NCBI GenBank assembly: GCA_045837725.1
Contig: JBEWZL010000003.1
Coordinates: 1 to 64,000, forward strand
Origin: Vermamoeba vermiformis
Lineage: Eukaryota
Direction: 5' to 3'
DNA: 64,000 nucleotides
The notes beneath the pieces are model-generated. The model saw only the letters and a program-made list of their open reading frames with translations. It had not been told where the DNA came from and did no database searches. Below, piece by piece: positions 9,745 to 24,032 of the stretch (its first letter is position 1; every line of letters begins with the position of its first letter). Position numbers and translations under genes: made by a program.

Positions 9745-11966
9745 TTACTTCTTGCCAATCTTGACAAATCGCAGGAAAATGTAGCCCAGGATGAAATAAA
9801 AGATGAGCATGCCAATTAAAATCAGAAATTCGTGCCATAGGACCACGTTGTACATGCCCATAAACGCCAAGACTTGCTCGCCCGTAGCGAAGGGACACTT
9901 GGAAGGATCGTTAGGGCAAGAGTACTCGACACCTTGATATTGATTGGCAGATACAATTCGGAATGCGTATCTGTAGGGCGACAAATACTGGATGAAACTT
10001 AACCACTTCGGAATGTTCGCATCCGACAAAAAGAAGCCACCAAACGACAAAAACAGTAGCATCTATGTAAATAAATATTAGATATGCTAATAGCGAGGGT
10101 GTCTACGTACCAAAACAGAAATCAAAAGGTTAGCCATGACGATGTCGGGGAACAGATACGCGCACGTGAGTGAAATGAACTTCCAAATGAGCAGCGATAA
10201 GTACAGCGCGCAGATAAAGATGAAAAACCTGAACACGCGTTAGTTCCGATCGATGGCTGTGTGTGCTTACCTTCCAGCGTCAGGCGTGAAGCCAATCATC
10301 CAGTACGTGACCGTGGAGAACACGCACACGTACAGCAATTGAATCGGCAAATCGACCAGCGTGTTAGCTACATAATAGGGGAACACGCGATACATCTTCA
10401 CTGCACGTTCTTTGTTGATTATAATTCGTTCCTTTGGTACTGTTGAACGTAAATTAGACACGTGTCTTCAAAGGTAAACTTGAATCGTACGTACCCGTGC
10501 TTCCTGCTGTAAACGCCACGGTGAAGCTGCCTTGCAACATGACATAAAACAACGCTGCATTGACGTCATAAACAGCGTCCGTACGCGTGCCAAGTTGTAA
10601 GTACAACAGGCCCAAGAAAATTGACACGAACAAGTGCTGCGCGCCTTCACCGATCAATCTCATGCGATTTCTGATTGCATCGTGCCACGTCCTGCTAGCT
10701 ACAACGCGTGACTGATAGGCTGGCTCCGTTGCGTACGAAGAATTCGTAAACTGCGCGGCATCTTTGGTGGGCTCGATTGGAATCAACACTTCAGCACCAC
10801 CTGGAGGGAATAAGAGTCAGTTTCTACGAACAATATCGCAATGCTGCGTACTTGGTCTCGTCTCGGTCGGTGACGAGGTGGCAGTGTTTGTAGCTGCGTC
10901 AGTCAAGTACTTGTGATACTTGGACTTGCGGTACTCTTCAGTGATTTCATCGGGTGTTTTGGCGTCAGAGGACATCGTGCCAATGAACTTCCCTGAGGCC
11001 ACGTCCACTAGTAATAAGTGTTAATATCGAGACTAATCGGCGATATTAATGACTGAACGTACAAATGTAATCAGCAATGTTGTCGAATTGTTCTCGCTCG
11101 TATCCCATGCGTTGAAAGAACTTTGCGATGGGCTTAGGCGGTCCATAATACATCAAGCGTCCATTTTGTAACAGCGTCACTTTGTCGAACGAGGTGAAAA
11201 TGCTCGCACGAGGCTGATGGATCGTGCAGATAATCGTGCGACCGCTTTGTGCTAATTGTTTCAATAAATTTACGACTTGATAAGCGCTGCTTGAATCAAG
11301 ACCTGAGGTGGGTTCGTCCAAAAACAGCAAGCCTATTTTACGGATTAGTTTTCTCGCGTTTTGGAATTTCCTGTATTTAAACTTGACTTACTTGGCCGAG
11401 TTACAAGTTCTATACCAATGGACGTTCTTTTTCGTTCGCCACCTGAAATACCACGCTTGTTCGGATCACCAATGCGCGTATCTTGACACTTCTCGAGACC
11501 TAGCGTGCGGATCACTTCATCAACCTGCAACAAATTCGAAATTCATTCTTTAAATATTATAATTACTTACTCTTTCTGCCTTTTCTGATTCCGACATTTT
11601 TTGCGGTAATCGAAGCAGTGCTGAAAACATGATAGATTCGCGCACTGTCGCTGTTTCAAACAATATATCGTCTTGCTCTACGAATCCAATGTGCTGTCTA
11701 TAATCTCTTATATTTACTGGAGCTGAATTGACGAGAATTGAGCCTGTCAGTTCTGTTGATCGGCTGATCCTGCCACTCAAAGCGCTCAGAAGAGTTGTTT
11801 TGCCGGCACCAGAAGGACCCATAATGGCTATTAGCTCCCCAGGATTTGCTACGAAATCGACAGCATCCAAAAGCAGGCGCGCATCTCGCTTCTTCGTTTT
11901 TTTGAGTTGACACGATACCTGCTGAGCTCGTAATTGTATTTTGAATTCGTTTGCTTCCGAATTCAT
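9745..11966 (-). CDS. ABCG (White-type) half transporter
   Basis: Walker [18 protein letters not shown] signature, [16 protein letters not shown], followed by transmembrane exons. Confidence 0.95.
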
Positions 11967-12517
11967 TTTTTCGCGATACAATAAGCCAAAGAAGTGGTGT
12001 CCAAGTTTTTAAGCTGATTTTCAGGGATTCGGAGGATCTATTTGTGCTGATGATTTGTGCGCTAGTGTTGAATTCACTCTTGAATTTTCTCGCAATTAAT
12101 TTGTCGAATATTAACTGCACGCAATATATTACGCTGTTCTTTGAGCGTCAAGCAAACGCAAGAAAGCGATCCCATGTTGTGCACTCTTTGTCCGCTTTGA
12201 AACTAAAATTAGTATCTTGCAGGAGCAAGTAGCAAATAATTTTACTAACCTAACCGGACAGGTATTGTTGCATGCTACAATTTTTTAAAAATCTGCCAAG
12301 AAGATTTTCAGTTTCAGTAAGCAACGCGAAAAAATAGTTTCGTCCAATATTATTATTCTAACGTCCCATACACAACAGTATAGGGAAACGACGGAGAGAT
12401 GTGGTCAACTTAGTGGACTATTAAAAATAAAAAGTCTATTTTTGACGTCGTGTCACCAAAATGTCGGTTTGGATCCTCACTCCAAATCAATCAAACAATT
12501 TCATTGGAGCACAACAA

Positions 12518-15500
12518 ATGAACGCGCGAGTACTGTCGGCTCTATTGCTAGTCGGTCTATTCGCCCTCGTGCAACACGCCGGCGCGGTGCAGAACTCCGT
12601 CATTAACTTCGGCATCTCCTTGTCGCTGTCTCCAACCGGAACATTGCGGCAAACACAAAGCCTTAGTGTCTGGGAAGGATTGCAATTATGGCTCGACAAA
12701 GTCAACGCAAGAGGTGGATCGGTGATCCGCAACGCGACTTATACTTACAACATTACGAAATATGAAGATAACGGAGTCCTAGATAATGTAATGGCACTAT
12801 ATCAGCAAATGCTTAACGATTCGAGCATTGATTATCTAATGGGTCCGATTAATTCGGATTTCTCAATTCCATTATTAGCTTACACAGAACCAGCTAAAAG
12901 AATGCTCGTAGCAACTTCGGCAGGCTCAGACAGTTTCTATAGAGGAAACGATTTCGCCTTTAGCGTCGTTCAACCATCCAGCAGGTAAGTGCAACTTAAC
13001 CGACCAAAATTTTTATTGTTAAAAAATAGCAATGAGGGTCCGGTGTAATGAAGTTAACTGCTTTTACTTATTATCCTTGTCATAGGTTTATTTTTACAGC
13101 CTTTCCTTATTTGCGACTCCACAAGGTTAGGGATATCGTCACGATTACGTCACCGCATCCGTTCCATTCTGGAGCGTGCAATGGAATTACCGATAAGACG
13201 GTACGTATAAACGAGCTGCTTAAGCCGATAATCATAAAGCATTGCAAGTCACAACTACGACACAAACTTCAATTTTTACTAAATTTAGAAGAGTCCGAAA
13301 TAATTTAGAGGATGCGAACACAATACGAAATTAATGATATCTTACTTAATATAGGCACTTGAAAACGGTTTTCAGCCTCCTAGCAGATATAATATTGACT
13401 CCAATTTGGATGGCGTTACCAATCAAACACTAGATGCGTTCCGAAATTATACCGAGGTATGGATCTGTTATACCAATATTTCAGTATCGAAATTTATGAT
13501 GCTGTTTCGCTCTATTCTATTTTTCTAAATTTTAACTTTATTTTTTGTTCGTTGCAGATCTTCCTGGAGACACAGCCCGAAGTAGTCGTTGCGTGCATGT
13601 GGTCTGACTCCTCTGAAGCTCTTATGCGCGCTTTTAAAGCCGCTAATTTCTCACCGAAGCTCATTTTGTTCGTGCCGCTTGGCCTAGATTACGGAGAAAT
13701 CGACACCTCCGTTGCCGACTTTGTCACAGGCACTGAAAGTGTAAGTAATTATTCTAACGAATCTATTTGATTTGCTTACCGCCTTATAGTTCGATCCGAG
13801 AGCGAATTTTCCTTCCGACGCCTTTTTTGGAAGTACTCGCCAATTTGTTCAAGATTACGAAGACAGGTAATGAAACGAAACTCCTATATCCCTCAATATA
13901 CTAACCCTATACCATTCAGATTCGGTCATGAACCTGACGAGGTAAGTTAATTTTAATGATTCTATTTTTGTCTTAATTGCAATGCACGCGCTAAAATTAA
14001 CTTCATGAAGTATTCGGCATTTGGCGCACTCACTGGCTTGATCTATCAATTGGCTATCGAGGTACCAATCGTTATCAACAATGATTAAGTTAAAGCGGTT
14101 AAATCATGATAACTTTCGATAACCAAGTCCGAATCATTTCTCATTTATTCATGAATAGCGTGCTGCCTCGTTCTCGCAAGCAGATGTTCGTGATTCGATG
14201 CAACGGCTCAACGTTGACACTTTCATGGGACAGGTAAAAAATTAAAATGTGAAATCTCCGCGATGATTTCGAAATTAACGGCCATTTGTTTACCAGATGT
14301 TTTTTGGCACTGACCACTCCAATCAACTGCCTACAGTGTTCAAGCAGTACATTCACGGCGACAGATTCATCATTGGCCCGCCCATCGCGCAATCGGACAA
14401 CATCGAATTGGTCTACCCATTCCCGACCTGGGACGAACGCATTTTCATTTCAGAGTGGAATCGTACGTCTATTGTCCTCCATATATGGACCAGTATAATT
14501 AACTTGTCGTATTGCAGAGAGTCCGCAAGAAATGGCCATGTTTGGTTTGTTGCTCTTCGGTGACGCCTTGACCATTTCGCTGTTGATTGTGACTGTCGTT
14601 AAACGCAATCAACCAATCATGAGGCAAGTTAATACCATTATGAGTGCCTTACACGGTGCCTAACACGTTGTGCAGAGCGAGTTCTCCGCTGTTCATGGCC
14701 CTCATTCTCGTCGGTGCGCTGTTCTTGTACAACAGCATTCTCGTTTGGCCCTTGAACAATTTGTCTGCGCCCGTCTGCCACTTGCAGATCTGGCTGCTTT
14801 CATTCGGCTTTACTCTCATGTTCGGGTACGATAGTCACTCTAACAGTGTGTCGAGCACTACTAACCTTGTTTGCTGCCTAGTGGTTTGTTCGCCAAGTCG
14901 TGGAGAGTGTACAAATTGAGCTCCAACCGCAGCCTCAAAGTGTTCAAAATCACAGACTCGACACTCATTGCTATTCTCGGCACACTCTTGGCTGGTGACG
15001 CGTTGATTTGCGCACTGGCTACTGGTCTCGTGGACATGACACCGACCCGCGTTGTGGTCGATGAATTCAGACCTGCACACGACTACGAGTTGTGCCCCAC
15101 TCCTCCCACATTGGTCGGTCTCACAGCCGCCATCATCGCCTACAACGGCATCATTGCCCTCGCTGGCCTGGTCGTTGCCTACAAGATTCGCAAGCTCAAG
15201 TACGTCGTGTTTAACGAGTCACGTATCATCGCCTTCTCTGTAAGTCTCCTCATTTGTGGAATATAGCCAATGTCTAACGTTCCCTCTAGATGTACAACGT
15301 GTGCATCTTCGCGGTCGTCATAGTTGTCTTGCAGTACGTTGATGCCAACGACCGATTCGTGCTCTACATGGTTCGATCGCTCGGCATTTTCCTTGGCACC
15401 AGTAAGTGTTGTTAATAAACAACCATTGACTGGACACTAACACTCGTATTAGCCATCACCGTATTGACGCTCTACGTCTCCAAGTTCATGATTTGGAACA

Positions 15501-15844
15501 AGAATCCTCGTCTCACATCCAACTCGAACATGAGCACCAAGATCAGTGGCAGCAACAGTGACTTGAGAGTTAAATCAACTCAAAGTGCTGATGAGTCAGG
15601 AAACGAGTGGAAAGCTCGTTATGAACAAGCTGCTGCTGAAATCAAACAGTTGCGTGCTCAAATCGCCGAACTGAGCGCTGCTCCAACTATCAAATCGGTG
15701 CAGCCGGAGCCACCCACGCCTGCAACAACCGGCTTGAACAATCCTCTCAAAGACAAGTCTGAGAGCTCTTCAAACATTTCCTCTGTTAAGTCGAGCACAT
15801 CGAGTTCATCGGAAGATTCCTCCTCATCTTCGGACTCGAGCTAA
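12518..15844 (+). CDS. Family-3 (GABA-B/Grl-like) GPCR with a periplasmic-binding-protein-type ectodomain
   Basis: Signal peptide and LivJ-like N-terminus; 7TM motifs IMRASSPLF, CHLQIWLLSFGFTLMFG, FAKSWRV, FNESRIIAFS; coiled-coil/Ser-rich tail; GC-AG intron at 14624. Confidence 0.9.
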
Positions 15845-15895
15845 GAACTAGAAATGTAACATCAAGCGTTTAAATTACATGTATTATTTCGAAAA

Positions 15896-18800
15896 TTAAG
15901 CAGTTTTAATCAACATCTTTGTCAGTCCGCTTTTGTGATTGTTTTGAGTGAATTCCCACAGCTTCATCTCGCCATCGTCTGTGGTAACTGCGTTCATGCC
16001 ATCGAAGTGCAACGATGTAATGTTCAGTGTATGGCTTTTGAAGCGATGGTCTGTCACTAGCTTGTCGTATTCCAGTGTCAAGAGCAGCATTTCGCGACCA
16101 GAATAGCCGAGCAACTTATTGTCAACTACACTTTGTTCGAGCATTACATTTTGCGGACAATCTACGGCAGAGTTAGACTACAACTTAAATGAATTCTACA
16201 CTGGCACATACCAATAGGTCCTTGGAGGCCAAATCCATTGTTTTCAACTTGATACTTATGCACTGCTCCTGTGTCATCTTGCACGAGCAGAGTTGATCCG
16301 AGGCACAAAGCTCCTCTGATGGTGCCGTTGGTTGAGACACTGCTTTCTGTCTTCAAGTTGTGGCCATCAAGTGTCACGAGGCTAATCACGTTTCGTTGAG
16401 TAACTACGAACGAGCCATTGCCAAGCGAGAGAATTTGGCCGATGGCTTCTGGTGACTGAAGTGCTGTTTGGCAGAGCAGCTCGCCAGTGGTCTTGTGAAG
16501 AACATCTAATCGAAGTTAGTAATGAAATTCGTTACATCTCCCAAGGTGATTGACGTACAAATGGAGCTATCAGCAACGAGCAAGACGTTGTCCAAGTAGC
16601 ACACGAGATCTGCAACGTGTCCGGTCAACTCTGATTGCCACTCGGTCTTGAACGTCGTGGCATGCAAATCAACGACTAGCCTCTGCACACTAGAGCCATT
16701 GCAAATGAAGACTTCGTTGTCCCTGCAATTACATTATCAAATACGTTCACTATTAGCATTGCTCTTACTTAGTGTGCACGAGGTATCCCGATGAGGTTTT
16801 AGCCAGTCCAACGGTGTTTTCAAACTTGAATTCACGTCCGTTCCACAATCTGTGCGACACACTGTCACCCTCTTTGACGCTCAACACGACATTATTCTTC
16901 GACAACAACTTGGCCCCGATGACTTGGCTCGGCGATCTAAAGCTGAATATGCAATATCTATTGCCTGTGTTGTCTTCGGGTGCACTGCGCTCGAAGGCTA
17001 AGTGACTATAGTTAGACCAGTCGAGCATTGTAGAGTGAGGCCTACTTACGAGGGTCATTAGCTTTGAACCAATTGGAGCTGTCCAAATCAATATAGGCCC
17101 AGAGGTGAGTTTCGTTGGCCGTGGGACTCGTGACCGAAGCATAAGGACCGATCACTTGACTGGTGCCAAAGCTCGTCGTCTTTTCACTGAACGGTTGATC
17201 TGCGCGTACAATCGTGAAACGATATTTGCCCGCTAGTGCTTCGAACTTGCGTCGCATTACGTCCACGGCGTTGCGCCAGCCAAAACTGATGGACTTAGCG
17301 TCGTTGCTCCTAACGCATGTGATCGATCAGTATCGGATTATCGTACTGCATGGAGACTTACATGGCAGGTGCAGGGATGTACACGGGATTCAACATCAAG
17401 AACGGCTTCTGCGCAATGTTCTCGTCAAAAATATCAGCGTTCTCAATGTCAAAACAAATCATCACAGTGACTCGTCCAAACTTGGTGTCCATCGCAAAGA
17501 TCTCATTGCCCGGTGTGACTTCAATGCCCGTTGGTTTTCTCTTGCGATAAGTGCCGATCAACTCGCCGTCAGGACTGATCACTGGTGCTGTGATGTGCAT
17601 CTTGCGCGTGTTGTCGAGCAGTTCAACGAGAGTGCCCATCACAATGTAACAGCCGTACTTCTTCGCGATGAGTTTGAAACGGTTCACTGAATGAATAGAA
17701 GATCAGGATTAAACGAACATTTACTAAAAAGGCAAAAAAATCAGTACGCACCTGCGTGATTATGAGTCGGGACACCATTTTCAGCGATCCAAAACTCGGG
17801 GTAAATGATAAAATCGGGCATTCTTCCTGACGGGTCGTTCTTGATGATTTCTTCGAGCAGTTGTTCAGCGCTGGAGAGACTCGAATACTTTTGTGACTGC
17901 ATCACTAAGATCTTTGCGTCCTTGAACTCCAACTTGCTGGTGTCGACACTTGAATTGTAAATCATCTCGCAAGCAATTGGATTGTCTTTGAGAACTTTTT
18001 CTGCGAGCTCTTGATGCAATTTGAACTCGTCGTTGACTTTGACCAGGAAATCTACGCTCACTTCTTTGATGCCATCAAACCAGACCTGGAACAACACGTA
18101 CATTATTAAATCTGTTCAAATATATTGCGCTATTCAGTCTTACATTAGCCCAGTCAGTGTGCTTCGGAACAATGTCGTGCATCTCTTTCTTGAATGCTGT
18201 CAACATGTCAAGTGACACGTGCTTAATAATCGACGTCACTCCTTCAAGAACACCGAATTGCATTTGAAGCAGGGACTCGTCAGTGAATTTGTAGCCAGTG
18301 ACGGCTTGGAACATTTCAGCGAAGTTGGCGAATCCTTTGAACACTTTGTGCGGCGCGGTGGTGATGCTCGACAAACACTCGTGCACGGACTTGATGTACT
18401 TTTCGAGCGGAATATGCATGTGTAGCGAAGTGACTGAATTGTCAATTGCAACTACACGATACCTAAGGGGGTGTGAGCAATTGCTTTAAATGAGTGCCGA
18501 CCACATACCCCTTGCCACGTTGTTCGATGAGGATGTTGTCGAAATTTCCTTCATTTTCCCAGATAATTGGCATGCGATCCCATTGATTGAAAAATAAATC
18601 CAGCGCGACCACCTTGCCGATCTATGAAACACATTAGTTCGTTCGTGTCTCCAGCGCGTAATTTCAATGGCCACTTTACCTCACGGAGCACTTGTCTCGC
18701 GAGCGCTACTTCGTCTTCGTGTGTCTTGTTTGAGACATTGAACAACACATCGCACTCCTTTGGTGTAAAGGCTGTTAAGGGCTTGCCAATGATAGTCTCC

Positions 18801-19540
18801 ATGGCCATGAAGTACGCGCGGTCAAGTTCTTTTCCCTACATTCATTGTGATTAGCAAAGAACTACAACGTTATTGCGCCGTACTAATTTGACCAAATCGG
18901 CCATTTCTCCGCTGTTCTTGACGAATGTAGCCACGCTCATTTTCACACGTCCCCATTCGTTGTGATTGTAGTCGATGATGCGCATCTGAGGCACTTCAAA
19001 CCCTAGTCTGAGCGCTAGTATCGAGGCTAAATACTCTTTGGGACAATTCGAACTCGATTTGATGACTGTCGTGCCGTCCTCTCTGTTCACGAAAAACACA
19101 CCTGCGCTGCCTGATTCCGAGCGTTTAAATGACTTAATATTGTGCCATGCGTCGTTCTTGTAGTTTCCTTTCGCTAGAAGCCGACGGTGTTAATAAGAAA
19201 AAATAGCCTATGGTGAATTCTTACTGATTTCAAAGGGCTTCTTAACGGCTTTTTTTGGTGCTGCAGCAGGGACCGTTGCACGTTTTGGTGGCGCCACGCC
19301 GAGAGGTGGAGGAGGTGGAACAGTTGCATCTGCAGTTTTAGTTGTGCTCGTACTCTTTGGAGCAGAGGGTGGAGGGGGTGGCGGGCCTGGAGGCAAGGGT
19401 GCCCTGGAATTAGCGTTTGCCTGTCCCGGGACTGGTGGTGGCGGTGGAATGGCAAACTCGTCATTATTATTTGAGGCATTATTATCGTTATTTAAAGGTG
19501 GTGGGGGTGGTGGAGGCATCGGCACGCCGTAGTCGTCCAT
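15896..19540 (-). CDS. Pro-rich / actin-fragmin kinase domain / carbon-nitrogen hydrolase / beta-propeller fusion protein
   Basis: AFK motifs SESGSAGVFF, ALDLFFNQWDRMPIIWENEGNFDNILI, VAIDNS; nitrilase triad YPEFW, YRKRKP, ICFDIE; WD-like end HTLNITSLHFDG...MKLWEF. Confidence 0.85.
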
Positions 19541-19980
19541 TTTGATTTCTACTGAATTTTGCGTTTTATTTTTAAATTTCCATTCACGTGGTGCCCGTTC
19601 TTTTGGAGCCACTGGTCTTCATGATTGAATAATTAGTATTTTTTTTTAACTAAATTTAAATTTGAATGTTAAATTGATAGAAGATTGACCTTTCCCTCCA
19701 CGACAAACTCATAATATATCCACGATAAAAATTACTAGTAAGTGACATACTCTTTAACATCGCTCTCTGGTCGATCGGCAGCATTTTTGAGTTGCTTGCC
19801 TTGCTGAATTGCATACATTAAACTAGCCCTATCCATCTTGCCGGTGTTGTTCCTAACTCGTTAATGAATTAAAAATCAAGACGTTAAATTTGTGCAATTT
19901 AAATCAATCTGGAATTCGAGATACACAACTCCCGAAACGGATTCAAAGTAATTCTGGTAAAAATAAACTCGTGCAATACT

Positions 19981-21350
19981 TTAATATAAAGGCTCAAAGC
20001 TATTTTTGTTCTTGAGTTTCTGGTAGGTGATGAAAATAGGCACGAAACCAATCAAGAAGCCAATAACAACCGAAGCAATGCCAACAAAGATCAGCTCGGT
20101 CCAGTGGTCGGACTCAGCCTCTGCGACGGGAGCAGATACAGGGAGATGACCTGCCTCTGCGGGTGCTTCGACAGGAGTATTAATGTTTCCTTGTTTGTTC
20201 ACAACCGCAAGGGCCACTATGAGAAAGTTCGTTAGACGATTGCATCCACAATTCTGTGTAAATGTCAAGTGACCACGTACTAGCAACATCGTCGGTAAGC
20301 ACTCCATCGACATTATTATCAATAGCGGTTTGAATGTACTCGGGCTTATTCAAAGTCCAAACAAACACGGGCATCAATCTGTTTTGACTTCTGACAATAA
20401 ATTCAGCGTTGACTTTGCCGGCGTTGATTGAAAAGCCTTGAACGCCTATACAATAATGCATGAGTAATCACTATTGTTGGCGTTAGGCCACGCATTGAAA
20501 CTCGAACGGATCTTTTCTGGTCTAACTTACCACGCAATATTTCGCTGTTCAAATAGTTCGTAGTATCATTAAGAGGCACAGAGCCAGTCAATCTTTGCTT
20601 GACGGTCAATTTCAAGTGCTCGCCAATGTCGGCGATCTGCGTGTCGGTCCAGCACGAAGCAATAATCTTGACAATATCGTTAATGTCAGTACAAGAAGGA
20701 GTAATAATTAATACGCACTTGATTTTGCACTCCAAGCTCGTTCGCCAGGGCAGCAATAGCTGCACCCAAGTTTTCGACTTTGAGATCCATGATAATGGGA
20801 ATAGTCGAAGACATGTTACGCATAAGCTCGAATAACTCGCGGAAAGAAGGTACTTTTTGACCAGCAAAGTCAGGTGAGAACCAACTGCCTGCATCCAGCT
20901 TTTGAATCTCTTCCAAGGTGAAATTGGCCACATAACCAGTACCGTTGGTCGTGCGATCAACTTTCTGTAATCAAATTAATTATTTGACTCATAATAAGGT
21001 ATCGTACCTCGTCGTGAATGAGAACGATGTGGCCGTCAGCAGTTAAACGAAGATCTGTCTCAATTCCTTCAGCTCCTTTTTCAATGGCACGTTGAAATGA
21101 AATTAATGTATTTTCGGGATTATGTGCTGAATCTCCACGGTGACCTACTACGGTTGGCTTGGGTCTACCTGCGGAAACAAATTAATTATTATTCAATCGA
21201 TCGGACGGTTATACACGCCAAGCAAGTATTGAGGTATTAATTTACTACTAAAACATAGTGTAAAGAAAATATCAATTATTGACGCGTACCACAGCTTGCT
21301 GAGGCAACGACCAAAACCAACAGTGCGACTGCCGACCAAATCTGCCTCAT
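19981..21350 (-). CDS. Membrane-anchored glycerophosphodiester phosphodiesterase (GDPD family)
   Basis: [56 protein letters not shown]; signal peptide and C-terminal TM helix. Confidence 0.93.
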
Positions 21351-21518
21351 GATTGTTCGTGTATGCGAATTAGTGTCAAAAACTCGATTTTTGTTGCACT
21401 GTTGTGCTCAGCAAAGTAGTCGGCAGTTTCAAAATGTCAAATAATCGGCGCGGGAGATTCCAAAAATAAGATTTTTAATATTCTAATGTACAAGTCCGCA
21501 AAATAATTCAACTGCTGA

Positions 21519-23799
21519 TTACTCTTCGATGTCAACAGAGCTGTTTTTAGATTCATTCGATGAGGTAGAACTCGAGGAGCTCGAAGAAGAGCTGTCAGAG
21601 TCCGAATCTGACTCTACTTGCTTGTTCAAGTTTTCTTTTGATTCATCTCTTTCAAGCGCTATTTCGGCACTTGGAGCACGTGCATTATCAGTTGATTGTT
21701 CAATAGCAGCTGTCGGCTCTAAAGATTTGAACTCTTCAGTTGTCTTGGATTCGGGTGGCAAAGAATCACGTTTGGACACGCCAGAAACGTTAGACAATGA
21801 TCTCAAACCGCTCTCCATATTCACTGCTGAACTAGTACGGTTGCTTGTATCTGTACCCTTCAAGCCACGACGAGGAGTAATGACTGTCAAAACGTTAGTT
21901 CACATTGTTGCGAATGCCATTTTTGGCACGTACCTAAGATTTGAATGAAACCGCGCGCAGTGAAGAAGGTGTAAGTGACGAACCAAATTGTGTAGAAACC
22001 AGCGGGACTCCAGTAGACCGGTCGAATGAGAATGAACAACGCGCTTACGACCACCAACAAATTGAAAATTCCACTCAACATAATCAATCGTGAAATCTAG
22101 TATTATATTAGGCTGAGATAAATAACATGACGCCTAAAGAAATCACTTACTCGTTGCAACTTCTTGTCTTTCGTGCTGAGGTTCTTCTTCGTTTTAATGA
22201 ACTCTCGGCTCGTCTTTCTGTACGTCAAAAATATCCAAATAGACATCACTAACATTGCCACATTATACACAGCGGCATTAGCAATGACGACGGTGCTAAA
22301 GGCCGGTAAATCGAGACCTCTGGTAAGTCCTCCAGCCAGATCCAAAATGAATAATATTATAATAACGACGATGAATAGTGGTTTTAAGCGCTCCAAGAAT
22401 GGGCTGACGGTGAGCTTGGTTCTACGCTTCGACAGTACTTCTTGCCTACAAAAGGAAATGTCAACTTCTAAAAATAATTTCACAAAGGGACGATTTGTCC
22501 TGTTTTTGCAATGACTCAGAAGCGAATCACTCCTGGGACTGCTTTGCAGTAGCTAAGATTCGCTGCAGTATAGTCATTCAATCGCTTACCAATAGAAAAT
22601 AACCAAAAAGTTGGTCGCCATGCCAAAAGGAAAACTGAACGTGATTAATACTTGACTGGCGGTGTAGTGCGTGATTCTATGAATGAAAAGCGGGTCTACG
22701 CACACGTAAGCAGTGCGAACTAAAGAATATTGCGTCAGAAATCAATACCGGACAAATAAATGTGACCAGAGTGTCTCTTCTTGAAACAACAAAAAGTCCA
22801 CTTACTCATCAATCCCATAGCCTCAGAAATGCAAATAAATTGCACGACATTTAATCGACAGCCTTGTTGCTTGACGGAATAACCAAACATGACTAGAGTG
22901 AAGATCAGGGTTGAAACGTGGATGGCGGCCAGTAGGACTTGCCATGCAATCATGCCGTGTGATCCGACAACGGTTTCCCATTTGTTTTCATCTACGCAGA
23001 ATAAAAAGCTGTTAGAATTGGTTCGTGCGTAAATAATTTAACAATTCACAATAGATCCGAACACATTTTCGACCTCGTAAATCAAAATAACGTCAACAAT
23101 ATACATTTGACCGAATGATTAATATGAGATTAATAACGCGCAAAAGTGATCATACCAAAACTCGAAATTGAGATCGTCAATGTGCCATTTTCCGAACTAT
23201 TCAATAGTTTGCGAATAGCGTTATAGTCGTCAAACCATATATCACCAGCTATTAAAGTGATATCGTCTGAATTTTCACCGGTAACGTAGTACATGTTGCG
23301 CCCAGGAGGCAGATCTGCCCGCAATCAAATCAGTAATGAAAAAAAAGCATTCAAATTGATTAGATTATCATATAATGAACCATTCATACCTTGCCGACTT
23401 TGAGCTATCGCTCCGACTGCTCCTCTACTTTGGATGTGGCGCAACGAACTTTCAATAGGAACAGGACTGACCAATAATACAAATTTGCCGGTCAAATCAC
23501 CACCGTCATCTAATACTAACGGGTAAGGAATATTTTCTATTTCTAATGACCGTGGCGAGCCTCCGTATTCGATTAATACGAAGGAGGTCGTAATATTGTG
23601 TTCGAACACGGTGACAGTGCATTGTGCAGCACTTGCAAATAGACATAAAGCTATAGCGCCTATTTGAAAAGGAGAATTAGCGTTATTATTAATGGATCTG
23701 GATGCAAAAGCAGTAATAACCGCTAGACAACAATCTAATTAACTTACCGTAGATGTACAAGCTTCCGAATCCTCCGTTGTTTCGCCTTGTGCTGCTCAT
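21519..23799 (-). CDS. Multi-pass (7TM-like) membrane protein with an extracellular PA-like N-terminal domain and a Ser-rich tail
   Basis: Spliced hydrophobic exons. The N-terminal segment LTGKFVLL...HIQSRGAVGAI resembles a PA domain. Confidence 0.65.
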
Positions 23800-24032
23800 A
23801 TTCGAGAGTATTTAGGTTTAAACGGGACAGGACATGAGCGAGATAGTGCGATGTGACAGTCAATCAAAAAAAAAAACCGCTAATTTTAGAACTTCGATGA
23901 ATTGTTGCTTGGAACGCATTCCATTAAAAAGCCATAGATTAACCACCGATATAATTAACCGAACTTTTATTTGGGTTTCTAATCAAAAAGTTAATGAATG
24001 TAACCGATACGGACAAAGATCTTACTGATCGG

